Shown one piece after another: positions 19,496 to 28,016 of a DNA stretch of 64,000 bases (positions are counted from its first letter, which is position 1; every line of letters begins with the position of its first letter). Made by a program: the position numbers and the translations under genes. The notes below the pieces were generated by a model that was not told the DNA's origin, did no database searches, and was given only the letters and a program-made list of their open reading frames with translations. This DNA is from Burkholderiales bacterium (lineage in GTDB: Bacteria; Pseudomonadota; Gammaproteobacteria; Burkholderiales; SG8-39): contig JBFFEY010000009.1 in assembly GCA_041558415.1 (NCBI GenBank), positions 2,648-66,647 of the forward strand, in the 5' to 3' direction.

Positions 19496-19741
19496 CGCTC
19501 GCCCCGGCCTGCTTCCCGCTGTTCGAAGGGGCGCTATTATCCACCGCGGCGAGCCCGCGCGCGGCATTCGCCGCGCACGGTTTCGCTGCGTCGACCGTTA
19601 AGGCCTGCATGCCGACGCCACGCGAGTTCCTGCTGGCACTGGCTGCCGCCTCGCCGCTCGGCCTGCGCGCGACGCGCGCGCGTTTCGTCGTCGAGGACGG
19701 CACGCCGGGGGCGCGAAAGGCCTGAGCCGCAGCGCCCGCCC

Positions 19742-20851
19742 TCAGCCCTGCGCGCGCAGCCTGGCGAGCGCCGAGCCGTCGTCGATCGCCGTGCGCGCCA
19801 CCTCGGCCGCCTCGCGCAGCGAGCGGGATTTGCCGAGGTGCCACAACACGAGCGCCGCGCCGTACACCAGCGCGTCGCGCGTCGGCCCCCTCTCCCCGGC
19901 GAGCGCATCCAGTCCCGCCTGCGCGGCGACCTTCGCCACCGCATTCGCATCGATTTTCGCCTGCGCGCCTTCGCCCTCGCCGGCGAGCGCCGGCGGAATC
20001 TGCGGTGCCCGCAGCGTCTGCTCGATGCCGAGCTCCGCCGGCCGGAACTCCACCGCGAACGGCTCGCCGCGGCCGACGCTGCGGAACACCTTGCCCCCCT
20101 GCGCCAGCGCGGGCACGACGCCGCCTTCCACCCCGCGCACCAGCAGCGCCGTGTCGTAACCCGCTTCCCGCGCAAGCAGCGCATAGACGCGCGGATAGGG
20201 CTTGTGCACGTAGCCGGTCACCAGGTGCGTCTTCCTGCGCCCCACCAGCGGCTGCGCCAGCACCTCGACGGTCGTGATCACCGGCCGCTTGACGATCAGC
20301 GTGCGCAGATCGGTAAGCGCGTTCAGCTTCGGGCAGAACACCGACTGGTCGAGATACGCCCAGCCCGCGCGCGGATCGCCCAGTCGCGCCGCCGCCTCCT
20401 CCGGCGTGGCGTCGACCTTGAGGCCCGCGGCGTGCAGCACCTGACGGTGCGTCACGCCGTATTTCGGCCCCATGCGCTCGACGCCGTGCGAGAACGCCGG
20501 CACGCCGCAGGCGGCGAGCAGCGCCGGCGTGAACGGCGCAGCGGGCAGGTTGCGGTTCATGCCGTCGTAGGGATCGGCGAGGTCGACGACCTCGTCCACC
20601 GGGGCGGTGACGCGCCGCGTCGCCTCGCGCACCGCGTCGAGCACGCCGCAGTTCTCCTCGTCGGTCTCGCGCTTCATGCGCAGCGCGATGAGGAAGATGC
20701 CGGCCTGCACCGGATCCACCGCGCCGTCGAGCACCGCGCGCATGCCGGCGCAGGCCTCCTCGCGCGAGATGTCCTTGGAGAGTTCCGGCCCGGTGGCGAT
20801 GCGCCCGATGATCGAGCGCATCAGCGCCCGCGCCTGCACGGCCTCGCTCAC
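19742..20851 (-). CDS. Anthranilate phosphoribosyltransferase-like (glycosyl transferase family 3, TrpD2/YbiB-like)
   Basis: 369 aa, GTG start. QAGIFLIALRMKRET..DPYDG..HGVERMGPKYGVT..VTGYVHKPY..VRGVEGG. Confidence 0.75.
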   Translation of the reverse strand: MSEAVQARALMRSIIGRIATGPELSKDISREEACAGMRAVLDGAVDPVQAGIFLIALRMKRETDEENCGVLDAVREATRRVTAPVDEVVDLADPYDGMNRNLPAAPFTPALLAACGVPAFSHGVERMGPKYGVTHRQVLHAAGLKVDATPEEAAARLGDPRAGWAYLDQSVFCPKLNALTDLRTLIVKRPVITTVEVLAQPLVGRRKTHLVTGYVHKPYPRVYALLAREAGYDTALLVRGVEGGVVPALAQGGKVFRSVGRGEPFAVEFRPAELGIEQTLRAPQIPPALAGEGEGAQAKIDANAVAKVAAQAGLDALAGERGPTRDALVYGAALVLWHLGKSRSLREAAEVARTAIDDGSALARLRAQG

Positions 20852-21177
20852 GCCTGCGTCCCCTCCGGGCAGGCGACGAGCAACCGCCCGCCCTCGACGC
20901 GCACGGCATAGCTGCGCAGGTTCTCCTCTGCCGGCTCCTCGAGCGCCGCGCCGGTGCGCAGGTCGAAGCGGCTGCCGTGCAGGGGGCAGCGCACCAGCGC
21001 GCCCTTCAGCACGCCGGAGGACAGCGAGGCGTCCTCGTGCGTGCAGCGGTCGTCGGTCGCGTAGTAGCGGCCCTCGACGTTGGCGATGAGCACGCGCCGT
21101 GCGCCGATCTCGACACAGCGCATGGTTCCGGCGCGCAGCGCATCCGCCGGCCCGGCATCGAAGAATTTTTCCGCCAT
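20848..21177 (-). CDS. Rieske [2Fe-2S] ferredoxin
   Basis: 109 aa from ATG (cat 21175-21177). CTHEDASL..CPLHGSRF Rieske motifs. Stop overlaps the trpD2-like GTG start (GTGA). Confidence 0.8.
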   Translation of the reverse strand: MAEKFFDAGPADALRAGTMRCVEIGARRVLIANVEGRYYATDDRCTHEDASLSSGVLKGALVRCPLHGSRFDLRTGAALEEPAEENLRSYAVRVEGGRLLVACPEGTQA

Positions 21178-21277
21178 TCCCTGCTCGCTACGTGGCTGCG
21201 CCCGTCTGCGACGCCTCAAACCGCTTCGGCCGCTCGCAGGGGCGCAGGCCTATGATAGATTGAAACGCGGAAGGCGC

Positions 21278-22705
21278 ATGCCTCGGCTCCTGACACTGTC
21301 CCGCGCGGCGCGCCTGGTCGGCGTGCGGCGCGGCGCGCTGCAAAGCAAAATCCGGAGCGGCGAACTGGCCGCCTTCGAGGGCAGGGTGTCGGCCGAGGAC
21401 CTGCTGCGCGTCTACCCGCAGGCCGGGCTGGAGGACAATGCCGGGCTGGAGCGGTTCGACGCGATCAAGGACGCGGCCTTCACGCGACGCATGCGCGAGC
21501 GGCTGCTGCCTAGCGCACAGGTGCTCGTGGCGCGCCTCGCCGAGCTGAGCCGTGAGCGCGCCGAGGCGCAGGCCGCGCTCGAGCACTACCGCGCGATCGT
21601 GCTCGAACTGCAGGAAAAACTCGGCGCGACGCGCGACGCCGGAGCGGTGCTCGCCTGGCTCAGGCAGCGCCTCGAGCCCGCAGGGCAGGGCGAGCCGCCG
21701 CTGCTCGCGCAGGAGAGCTTGTTGAGAGTGGTCACGGCGCACGTACAGGTCCGGCCGAGCGGCCGGGAGTTCTTCGTCGACGGCAACGACAGCCTGCTGG
21801 AGGCCGCGCTGCGCGCCGGCCTGTCGCTCGACTACGGCTGCAGCATCGGCAGCTGCGGCAAATGCAAGGCGCGCGTCGTCTCCGGTCAGGTGCACCGCAC
21901 GCAGCACTCCGACTACGCCCTCAGCGCGGCGGAGAAGAACGCGAATGTCGTGCTCATGTGCTGCCACACAGCGCTCAGCGACCTTGTCATCGAGGCGCGC
22001 GAGGCGCACGGCGCAGAAGACATGCCGCTGCAAAGCATCGATGCGCGCGTCAAGTCGGTCGGCGCGATCGCTGACGACATGCGGCTGCTGCATCTGCAGA
22101 CGCCGCGCAGCAACCGGCTGCGCTTCCTCGCCGGACAGTCGGTGAGGCTTACGCTGCCCGACGGCAGCAGCGCCTCTCACCCGGTCGCGAGCTGCCCCTG
22201 CGACGAGCGCAACCTGCAGTTCCACATTCCGCATGACGCGGCCGACGGCTTCGCGGCGCAGGTGTTCGGCGGGCTGAAGCACGTCGAGGCGGTGCACATC
22301 GACGGTCCTCGCGGGACCTTCGTGCTCGACGAGGAATCGCCGCGACCGCTGGTGTTCGTCGCACGCGACACCGGCTTTGCGCCGGCCAAGAGTCTCATCG
22401 AGCACGCAATGGCGCTCGATAGCGCCGAGTCGCTCGTGTTGTACTGGATCGCGTCGGCCGGCCGCCACCACTATCTCGACAACCTGTGCCGCGCCTGGAG
22501 CGACGCGCTGGACGACTTCCGCTACGTGCCGCTCGTCGGCGAGGACGCGGGCGCGCTCGCGCGCATCGCACAGGACCACCCCAGGCTCGACGGGCACGAC
22601 GTCTATGTCTCGGGGCCGCCGGACTGGGCGCAGGCGTTCGGCACGCAGCTCGTCGAGCGCGGACTGCCACGCGCCCAGCTCTTCGTCGAAGCGCGCGACG
22701 GCTGA
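21278..22705 (+). CDS. Fusion protein: N-terminal HTH-like/coiled-coil region + plant-type [2Fe-2S] ferredoxin + FNR-like reductase module
   Basis: 475 aa from ATG 21278 (GGAAGG RBS). LTLSRAARLVGVRRGALQSKIRSGEL; CSIGSCGKC...MCC; FNR-like C-terminal half with divergent ARDTGFAP in place of GGTGxAP. Confidence 0.75.
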   Translation: MPRLLTLSRAARLVGVRRGALQSKIRSGELAAFEGRVSAEDLLRVYPQAGLEDNAGLERFDAIKDAAFTRRMRERLLPSAQVLVARLAELSRERAEAQAALEHYRAIVLELQEKLGATRDAGAVLAWLRQRLEPAGQGEPPLLAQESLLRVVTAHVQVRPSGREFFVDGNDSLLEAALRAGLSLDYGCSIGSCGKCKARVVSGQVHRTQHSDYALSAAEKNANVVLMCCHTALSDLVIEAREAHGAEDMPLQSIDARVKSVGAIADDMRLLHLQTPRSNRLRFLAGQSVRLTLPDGSSASHPVASCPCDERNLQFHIPHDAADGFAAQVFGGLKHVEAVHIDGPRGTFVLDEESPRPLVFVARDTGFAPAKSLIEHAMALDSAESLVLYWIASAGRHHYLDNLCRAWSDALDDFRYVPLVGEDAGALARIAQDHPRLDGHDVYVSGPPDWAQAFGTQLVERGLPRAQLFVEARDG

Positions 22706-22713
22706 GCGCCGCC

Positions 22714-23400
22714 TCAGCCGTCGCTCGCCCGGCCGCTGCTGCGCCGGCGCCGGCCCATGCCGTGCTCGACCGCCGCGACCGCGGCCTCGACGCGCGAGCG
22801 CAGGCCGAGCTTGCGCAGGATCGACTTGACGTGCAGCTTGACGGTGCCGGGTGTGATGTCGAGCGCCTGCGCGATCATCTTGTTGCTGTAGCCGCCGGCA
22901 ACATACTCGAGGATCTCCAGCTCGCGCGGCGTGAGTTCGCCGAAGGGCGTCGTCGCACGCGGCGGCTGTGACTGCGGCGCGCCGGCATCCTCGCCGATCA
23001 GGCGCGCGAGCGCGCCGACCAGGTCGCGCGCCACCGTCTTCTCGCCCCCCAGCGCTGCCCGCAGCGCAGGTGCCAGCTCCTCCGGATCGATGTCCTTGAG
23101 CAGGTAGCCACGCGCGCCGGCACGCAGCGCCTCGCCGAGGTCGCTTTCCTCGCGGCTCATGGTGAGCATGACCACCGGGGTCTCGACGCCGCCGGCACGC
23201 AGCTGGCGCAGCGTCTCGATGCCGCTCATGCCCGGCATGCGCACGTCGAGCAGGATCACGTCGGCCTGCAGCTCGCGCGCGCGGCGCAGTCCCTCTTCGC
23301 CCGAACCGACCGAGGCGACGACCTGCACGCCGCGGCTGCGCAGCAGCTCCTCGATGCCCTTGCGCACCAGCGCGTGGTCATCGATCAGGATGACGCGCAT
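22714..23400 (-). CDS. NarL/FixJ-family response regulator (REC + LuxR HTH)
   Basis: 228 aa from MRVILIDDH (cat 23398-23400). DVILLDVRMPGMSG; LTPRELEILEYVAGGYSNKMIAQALDITPGTVKLHVKSILRKLG. Confidence 0.9.
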   Translation of the reverse strand: MRVILIDDHALVRKGIEELLRSRGVQVVASVGSGEEGLRRARELQADVILLDVRMPGMSGIETLRQLRAGGVETPVVMLTMSREESDLGEALRAGARGYLLKDIDPEELAPALRAALGGEKTVARDLVGALARLIGEDAGAPQSQPPRATTPFGELTPRELEILEYVAGGYSNKMIAQALDITPGTVKLHVKSILRKLGLRSRVEAAVAAVEHGMGRRRRSSGRASDG

Positions 23401-23401
23401 C

Positions 23402-24652
23402 TCAGGTGGCCGCGCCGCCGGGCGTGGCCGGTGGCGCATTGAAGATGATCACGATGCGCGTCCCCTCGCCAGGCTCGCTTTCGATCACGAACTGGCCCGG
23501 CAGCTTCGCCGTGCGCTCGCGCATGATCTCCAGGCCGGCGTGCCCGCCGCCTCGCGGCTCGTGCTCGACCATGCCGAGGCCATCGTCCTCGATCAGCACG
23601 GTGTAAAGATCGCCCTCGTTGGCGAGCATGACGCGCACATTCTGCGCGCCGCTATGCCGGCGGATGTTGGCGAGCGCCTCCTGAATGATGTAGTAAAGCT
23701 GGATCTCCTGCGCCGCGGCGAGCGGGAGCGTCGCGCAGTCGTTCTGGAAGAAGACCGCGATGCCCGATTCGCGGCCGAAGCGCTCGAGCAGTTTCGCCAC
23801 CGAGTCGGCGAGCCCGGCGCCCTCGATCTTCAGGCGGTAATCGGTGAGCAGGCTGCGCAGGTCCTTGTTCGCCTGCGCCATGGCGCGCTGCAGCGCCTTG
23901 ACCTCGTACTGCGCGGCGCCGATGTCCCTGCGCGCGAGCGCCTCGCCGAGGATCTTGAGCTGCAGCCGCATGCCGATCAGCGACTGCGCGAGCGAATCGT
24001 GCAGGTCGTTGCCGATCAGGTTGCGCTCCTCCATCACCGCGAGGCGTCGCGCCTCGCCCTCCAGGCGCGCCTTTTCGAAGGCGAGCCCGAGGTGCCGCGC
24101 GACGCTGATCAGCAGATCCTGCATGTCCTCGCCCATCGCCGCGAGCGGCCGGTCGAGAAACAGGTTGTACACGCCGAGCACGCGCCCCTGGTACTGCACC
24201 GGCACGACGACGAACTCTTCGCATTCGGGCTCGAGCATGGCGCAGCCGACGACCTTCGCGCAGGATGCGCTGCCGCGCTGGATGCGCAGGCCGCCTTCGC
24301 GCGAGACCTGACCGCAGGCGCAGCGTTCGAGCGGCATCAGGCGGTCGCGCTCGGCGACTTCGGAGGTCAGCCCACGGCTCGCCAGCAGCCGCGTGTTGCC
24401 GTCGGACGTGGTGACGCGCACGCTCGCGGCACGCGCGTCGACCAACTCGATGAAGGTATCGAGGAACCCCTCCAGCTGCTGCTCGAGGCTGCCCGGCTGG
24501 CTCAGGCTCGAAGCCACCGCGTAGAGCACGTCGAGCGACTGGGTCTTGCGCGCGAGACGGACCGAGGGCGGCGCCGCGCGGGCGTGCGGAACAGGGGGCT
24601 CGGGCACGCTGCGATCCTCGTGTCTGCGGACGGGTCTGGCTCGACGGGACAT
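23402..24652 (-). CDS. Soluble GAF-domain sensor histidine kinase (HisKA_3/NarX type)
   Basis: 416 aa with no TM helix. GAF region containing CACGQ and SASCAKVVGCAMLEPEC; H-box NDLHDSLAQSL; HATPase IIQEALANIRRH..DDGLG. Confidence 0.85.
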   Translation of the reverse strand: MSRRARPVRRHEDRSVPEPPVPHARAAPPSVRLARKTQSLDVLYAVASSLSQPGSLEQQLEGFLDTFIELVDARAASVRVTTSDGNTRLLASRGLTSEVAERDRLMPLERCACGQVSREGGLRIQRGSASCAKVVGCAMLEPECEEFVVVPVQYQGRVLGVYNLFLDRPLAAMGEDMQDLLISVARHLGLAFEKARLEGEARRLAVMEERNLIGNDLHDSLAQSLIGMRLQLKILGEALARRDIGAAQYEVKALQRAMAQANKDLRSLLTDYRLKIEGAGLADSVAKLLERFGRESGIAVFFQNDCATLPLAAAQEIQLYYIIQEALANIRRHSGAQNVRVMLANEGDLYTVLIEDDGLGMVEHEPRGGGHAGLEIMRERTAKLPGQFVIESEPGEGTRIVIIFNAPPATPGGAAT

Positions 24653-24690
24653 CGAGCCTAATCGCTCGCCGTAGCGGCGTCCAGTGGTCC

Positions 24691-25008
24691 TCAGCGCGGC
24701 TTGGCGGGCGTCTTGTGCGACGGATCGTTCGGGTTGATGACGATGAAGCGCCGCTCGCCCGGGTTGAGCTCGACGTAATCGAGCGTCGCGCCGCTCAGCA
24801 GCTCGGCGCAGCCGGGCGAGATCAGGATCGAGATGTCGCCGGCGGCGACCACCAGGTCGTCGTCGGCCTTGACGTCGAAGCCCATGCCGTACTCGACCGT
24901 GCCCTGGGCGTCGAGCCGCGCGGCGATGCGCAGGCCCGCGCCCTCCTGCCCCGTCTGGCGGGCCGAGACACGGATCTGCTCGGCCGCTTCGGCGGTAACG
25001 ATGATCAT
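24691..25008 (-). CDS. dsrR: IscA/HesB-like protein DsrR
   Basis: 105 aa. HesB-family fold signature (LRIAARLDAQGTVEYGMGFD, LDYVELNPGERRFIVINPN) without the IscA Cys triad. Last gene of the dsr string. Confidence 0.75.
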   Translation of the reverse strand: MIIVTAEAAEQIRVSARQTGQEGAGLRIAARLDAQGTVEYGMGFDVKADDDLVVAAGDISILISPGCAELLSGATLDYVELNPGERRFIVINPNDPSHKTPAKPR

Positions 25009-25030
25009 GGCTGCTCCTTTCGTGCCTCGC

Positions 25031-25375
25031 TCAGCCGGTGCTCCAGGCGCGCGGCTTGCGCATGCCGGCGATGCGGCAGGCCTGCTTCACGTAACCGTAG
25101 GGAAAGAGGCGAAACAGCTCGTTGCGCCCCTCGCTGTTCTCGCCGCGCCAGGCAGCCAGGTGCTTGATCACGTGGCGCGCATCCGGGGCGATGCGTCGCA
25201 CCGCGTACCACTCGCGCACGAAGCGGATCACCGCCCAGTGCGCCTCAGTCAGCACGATGCCCTCCTCGCACGCGAGCGCCTCGGCGAGCGCCTCGCTCCA
25301 GTCGGCAGGATCGATGAGGTAGCCCTGGTCGTCCAGCTCGACGGGCGGGTCCTCGCGCAGGCGCTGCCGCTCCAC
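25031..25375 (-). CDS. DsrC/TusE-family paralog lacking the penultimate Cys
   Basis: 114 aa from GTG (cac 25373-25375, GAGG 8 nt upstream). VELDDQGYLIDPADWSE..LTEAHWAVIRFVREWY..FPYGYVKQACRIAGMRKPRAWSTG. Confidence 0.7.
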   Translation of the reverse strand: MERQRLREDPPVELDDQGYLIDPADWSEALAEALACEEGIVLTEAHWAVIRFVREWYAVRRIAPDARHVIKHLAAWRGENSEGRNELFRLFPYGYVKQACRIAGMRKPRAWSTG

Positions 25376-25385
25376 GCTGGACGCC

Positions 25386-26798
25386 TCAGGCGGCGGCGCC
25401 GGCGAGGCAGGCGCGCTGCGCGGCGCAGCGGCGCGCGAACTCGACGAAGCGACCGGTCCAGCGATGCGCCGCAACGTCGCGCAAATGCGCGTACGAGGCG
25501 ACGAGGTTGCGGTGCACGAGGCCGTCGTGCCGGCCGTCGATGCCGTGGCCGCGCTCGACGGCGTAGGCAAAGCGCGCGCCGGGCGCGAGGTTCTCCACGC
25601 TCGAGTAGTGAAACTCGTGCGCGCGAATGAGCGCCGCTTCGCCGGCCGCCCGCGCCGGCCATGGCCCGAGCCCGGTCTCGCGCAAGTGCACGTAGCCGCG
25701 GCCCACCGGCCGCTCGTGCACCACGATGTCGGCCTCGATCGCCCCCGCCATCGCGGCGCTGCGGCCCTTCCATTCGATGCGCCGCGCGAGGTACATCAGC
25801 CCGCCGCACTCGGCGTAGGCCGGCAGGCCGGACTCGATCGCCTCGCGCACGGCGGCGCGCATCGACGCATTGGCGGCGAGCGCGTCCATGTGGGTTTCCG
25901 GAAAGCCACCGCCGAGGAACAGCGCATCGAGCGGCGGCAGGCGCGCATCGCGCAATGCGTCGAAGAAGACGAGCTCGGCGCCCGCGGCGTGCAGCGCCTC
26001 GAGGTCGCCCGGGTAGTAGAAGCCGAACGCGGCGTCGCGCGCGATGCCGATGCGTACGCGCGGCCCCGCGGCGGCGGATGCCCCCGGCGCGGCGGCCGGC
26101 GCCTGCGGCCATGCCGGCGCCTCGCCCGCGACCTGGCGCAGACGCTCGAGATCGACCTGTGCGGCAACGCGCGTGGCGATTTCGTCGATGCGTGCCTGCG
26201 CGGCCGTCGATTCGTTCTCCGGCACCAGCCCCAGGTGCCGCTCGTCGATCGCCATGCGCACGTCGTGCTGCACCGCGCCCAGCACCGGCACGTCGGTGTA
26301 GTGCTCGATCACCGCACGCAGCTTTGCCTCGTGGCGCGCGCCGCCGAGCTGGTTGAGAATCACGCCGGCGATGCGGATCGCCCGATCGAACGCCTGGAAG
26401 CCGAGAATCAGCGGCGCGATGCCGCGCGTCATGCCACGCGCGTCGATCACCAGCACCACCGGTGCGCCCAGCAGGGCGGCAAGCGCGGCGTTGCTGTTGC
26501 TGCCGTGCAGATCGAGCCCGTCGTACAGCCCCTTGTTGCCCTCGATCAGCCCGAGCGTGGCACCGCGCATGCGCGCGGCGAACTCTGCGCGGAGCTCGTC
26601 GGCGCCGCAGAGGTACGGATCGAGCGTGTAGCAGGCACGCCCGGCAGCGCGCCCGAGCCACAGCGGGTCGATGTAGTCGGGCCCCTTCTTGAACGGCTGC
26701 ACCGCCTCGCCGCGCGCCGCGAGCGCCGCGGCCAGGCCGATGCAGAGCGTGGTCTTGCCCGAGGACTTGTGCGCCGCCGAGACGAAGAGGCGATTCAC
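25386..26798 (-). CDS. dsrN: Cobyrinic acid a,c-diamide synthase-family amidase DsrN
   Basis: 470 aa from GTG 26798 (GTGA overlap with the dsrP stop). VSAAHKSSGKTTLCIGLAAAL..FKKGPDYIDP..ECGGLMYL. Confidence 0.85.
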   Translation of the reverse strand: MNRLFVSAAHKSSGKTTLCIGLAAALAARGEAVQPFKKGPDYIDPLWLGRAAGRACYTLDPYLCGADELRAEFAARMRGATLGLIEGNKGLYDGLDLHGSNSNAALAALLGAPVVLVIDARGMTRGIAPLILGFQAFDRAIRIAGVILNQLGGARHEAKLRAVIEHYTDVPVLGAVQHDVRMAIDERHLGLVPENESTAAQARIDEIATRVAAQVDLERLRQVAGEAPAWPQAPAAAPGASAAAGPRVRIGIARDAAFGFYYPGDLEALHAAGAELVFFDALRDARLPPLDALFLGGGFPETHMDALAANASMRAAVREAIESGLPAYAECGGLMYLARRIEWKGRSAAMAGAIEADIVVHERPVGRGYVHLRETGLGPWPARAAGEAALIRAHEFHYSSVENLAPGARFAYAVERGHGIDGRHDGLVHRNLVASYAHLRDVAAHRWTGRFVEFARRCAAQRACLAGAAA

Positions 26799-28006
26799 GC
26801 GCTGGCCTGCCGCGGCGCGTGGTCGGCAAGGCTCGCCGGCAGGAACGGCAGCACCCGCAGGCCGACGACGGTAATCGCGAGCGCGAGCGCCACGCCGCCC
26901 ACGCCGAGCGCGACCTCGGGCAGACTCGGCGCATAGGCAGCGACCACGCCGTCGAAGGCGGCGCTGCGCACGTCCTTGCCCGGGAACATCTGCTGCGGCC
27001 AGGCCTGCCCGCCGATGATGAGCACGTAGAGCTGCGCCAGGCCGCCCGCGATCACCGCCGCGCAGGCGAGCGGCAGCGCAGCCGCGCGCTGCCGCAACCG
27101 CGGTGCGAAGACCAGCAGCAGCGGCAGCAGCCCGCCGATCGCCACCTGCCCGCCCCAGAAAAGCAGCGTGTAGACGCCGCCGTCCAGCAGCAGGAAGCGC
27201 TCGAGCGCGTGCTGGCGCGCGAGGTAGAGGGCGGTCAGGTGATGCACGGCAACGAAGTACAGGACGGCCGCGACGAACACCCCGAGCAGGCTGCCGAGGC
27301 GTGCGCGCAGCGCCTCGCCGAGCGCGCGGCCGCTCCAGCGGCAGGCAGCGATCAGCACCAGCACGAACGCCGCCGTGCCGAAAGCGAACGACATGGCGAT
27401 GAACAGCGGCGCAAGCAGTGCGCTGTTGTAGGGCTCGCGCGCGACGAGGAAGCCGAAGATCGAACCCGTACCGGTGGTGAGCACGAGACGCCAGACGAAG
27501 GCGAGCAGACCGGCGCGGCTGCTGTAGACGTTCATGCGGCGCTCGAACATCAGCCACAGGTAGAGCGCGACCACCGCGAAGAAGCCGGTGTAGAGCCAGA
27601 TGTTCCAGGCGAAGATCGACTTGAAGTTGTAGTGCGTCATCGCCACGATCAGCCGGTCGGGCCGACCGAGATCGAGCACCAGCACGGCGAGCCCGCCGGC
27701 CAGCAGCGCCACCGCGAGCAACCCGGAGAGCCGCGCCAGGGGCTTGTACAGCTCGCGGCCGAACACCGAGGCGATCGAGGCCACGTTTAGCGCACCCGAG
27801 GCGGCGACGATGAGGAACACCGCGAACACGTGGGGCGTGCCCCAGACGACGCGGTTGGTCATGCCGGTGATGGCGTGGCCGTGGTGCTCCATCATCCAGG
27901 CTGCGCCGAGGCCGGCCGCGACCAGCGCCGCCAGCGTGCCGAGCAGCGCGAGCGTGCCGGCGTCGCGGCCCTCGATCGCGCGATACTGGACGTTCGCCAC
28001 GTTCAT
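26795..28006 (-). CDS. dsrP: NrfD/PsrC-like integral membrane subunit DsrP
   Basis: 403 aa polytopic membrane protein in the dsrMKJOP context. Confidence 0.9.
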   Translation of the reverse strand: MNVANVQYRAIEGRDAGTLALLGTLAALVAAGLGAAWMMEHHGHAITGMTNRVVWGTPHVFAVFLIVAASGALNVASIASVFGRELYKPLARLSGLLAVALLAGGLAVLVLDLGRPDRLIVAMTHYNFKSIFAWNIWLYTGFFAVVALYLWLMFERRMNVYSSRAGLLAFVWRLVLTTGTGSIFGFLVAREPYNSALLAPLFIAMSFAFGTAAFVLVLIAACRWSGRALGEALRARLGSLLGVFVAAVLYFVAVHHLTALYLARQHALERFLLLDGGVYTLLFWGGQVAIGGLLPLLLVFAPRLRQRAAALPLACAAVIAGGLAQLYVLIIGGQAWPQQMFPGKDVRSAAFDGVVAAYAPSLPEVALGVGGVALALAITVVGLRVLPFLPASLADHAPRQASA

Positions 28007-28016
28007 CGCCTCCGCG

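Noticed and set aside
19609-19725. 38-codon plus-strand ORF in the trpD2-like/SuyA-like gap (MPTPREFLLALAAASPLGLRATRARFVVEDGTPGARKA) with a faint Tat-signal look.
   Set aside because: It has a single Arg instead of a twin Arg, no mature domain, the opposite orientation to the surrounding operon, and no RBS. It is probably chance or a remnant.
16337-20911. 1524-aa plus-strand ORF, the longest in the track, and similar giants (173-1912 +, 43657-45552 +, 54017-56602 + N-terminal part, 62070-63614 -).
   Set aside because: They are Arg/Ala/Gly/Pro-rich antisense shadows of well-supported genes on the opposite strand (TPP enzyme, SuyAB-like, trpD2-like, rpoD, cyclase, fba, EF-G). This is typical of high-GC DNA, and no family motifs are present.
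21240-21277. TATGAT hexamer (21251-21256) as the -10 element for the HTH-ferredoxin-reductase gene.
   Set aside because: It is plausible, but the -35 region is poor (ctcgca) and I cannot verify it without transcription start data, so I did not list it as a feature.
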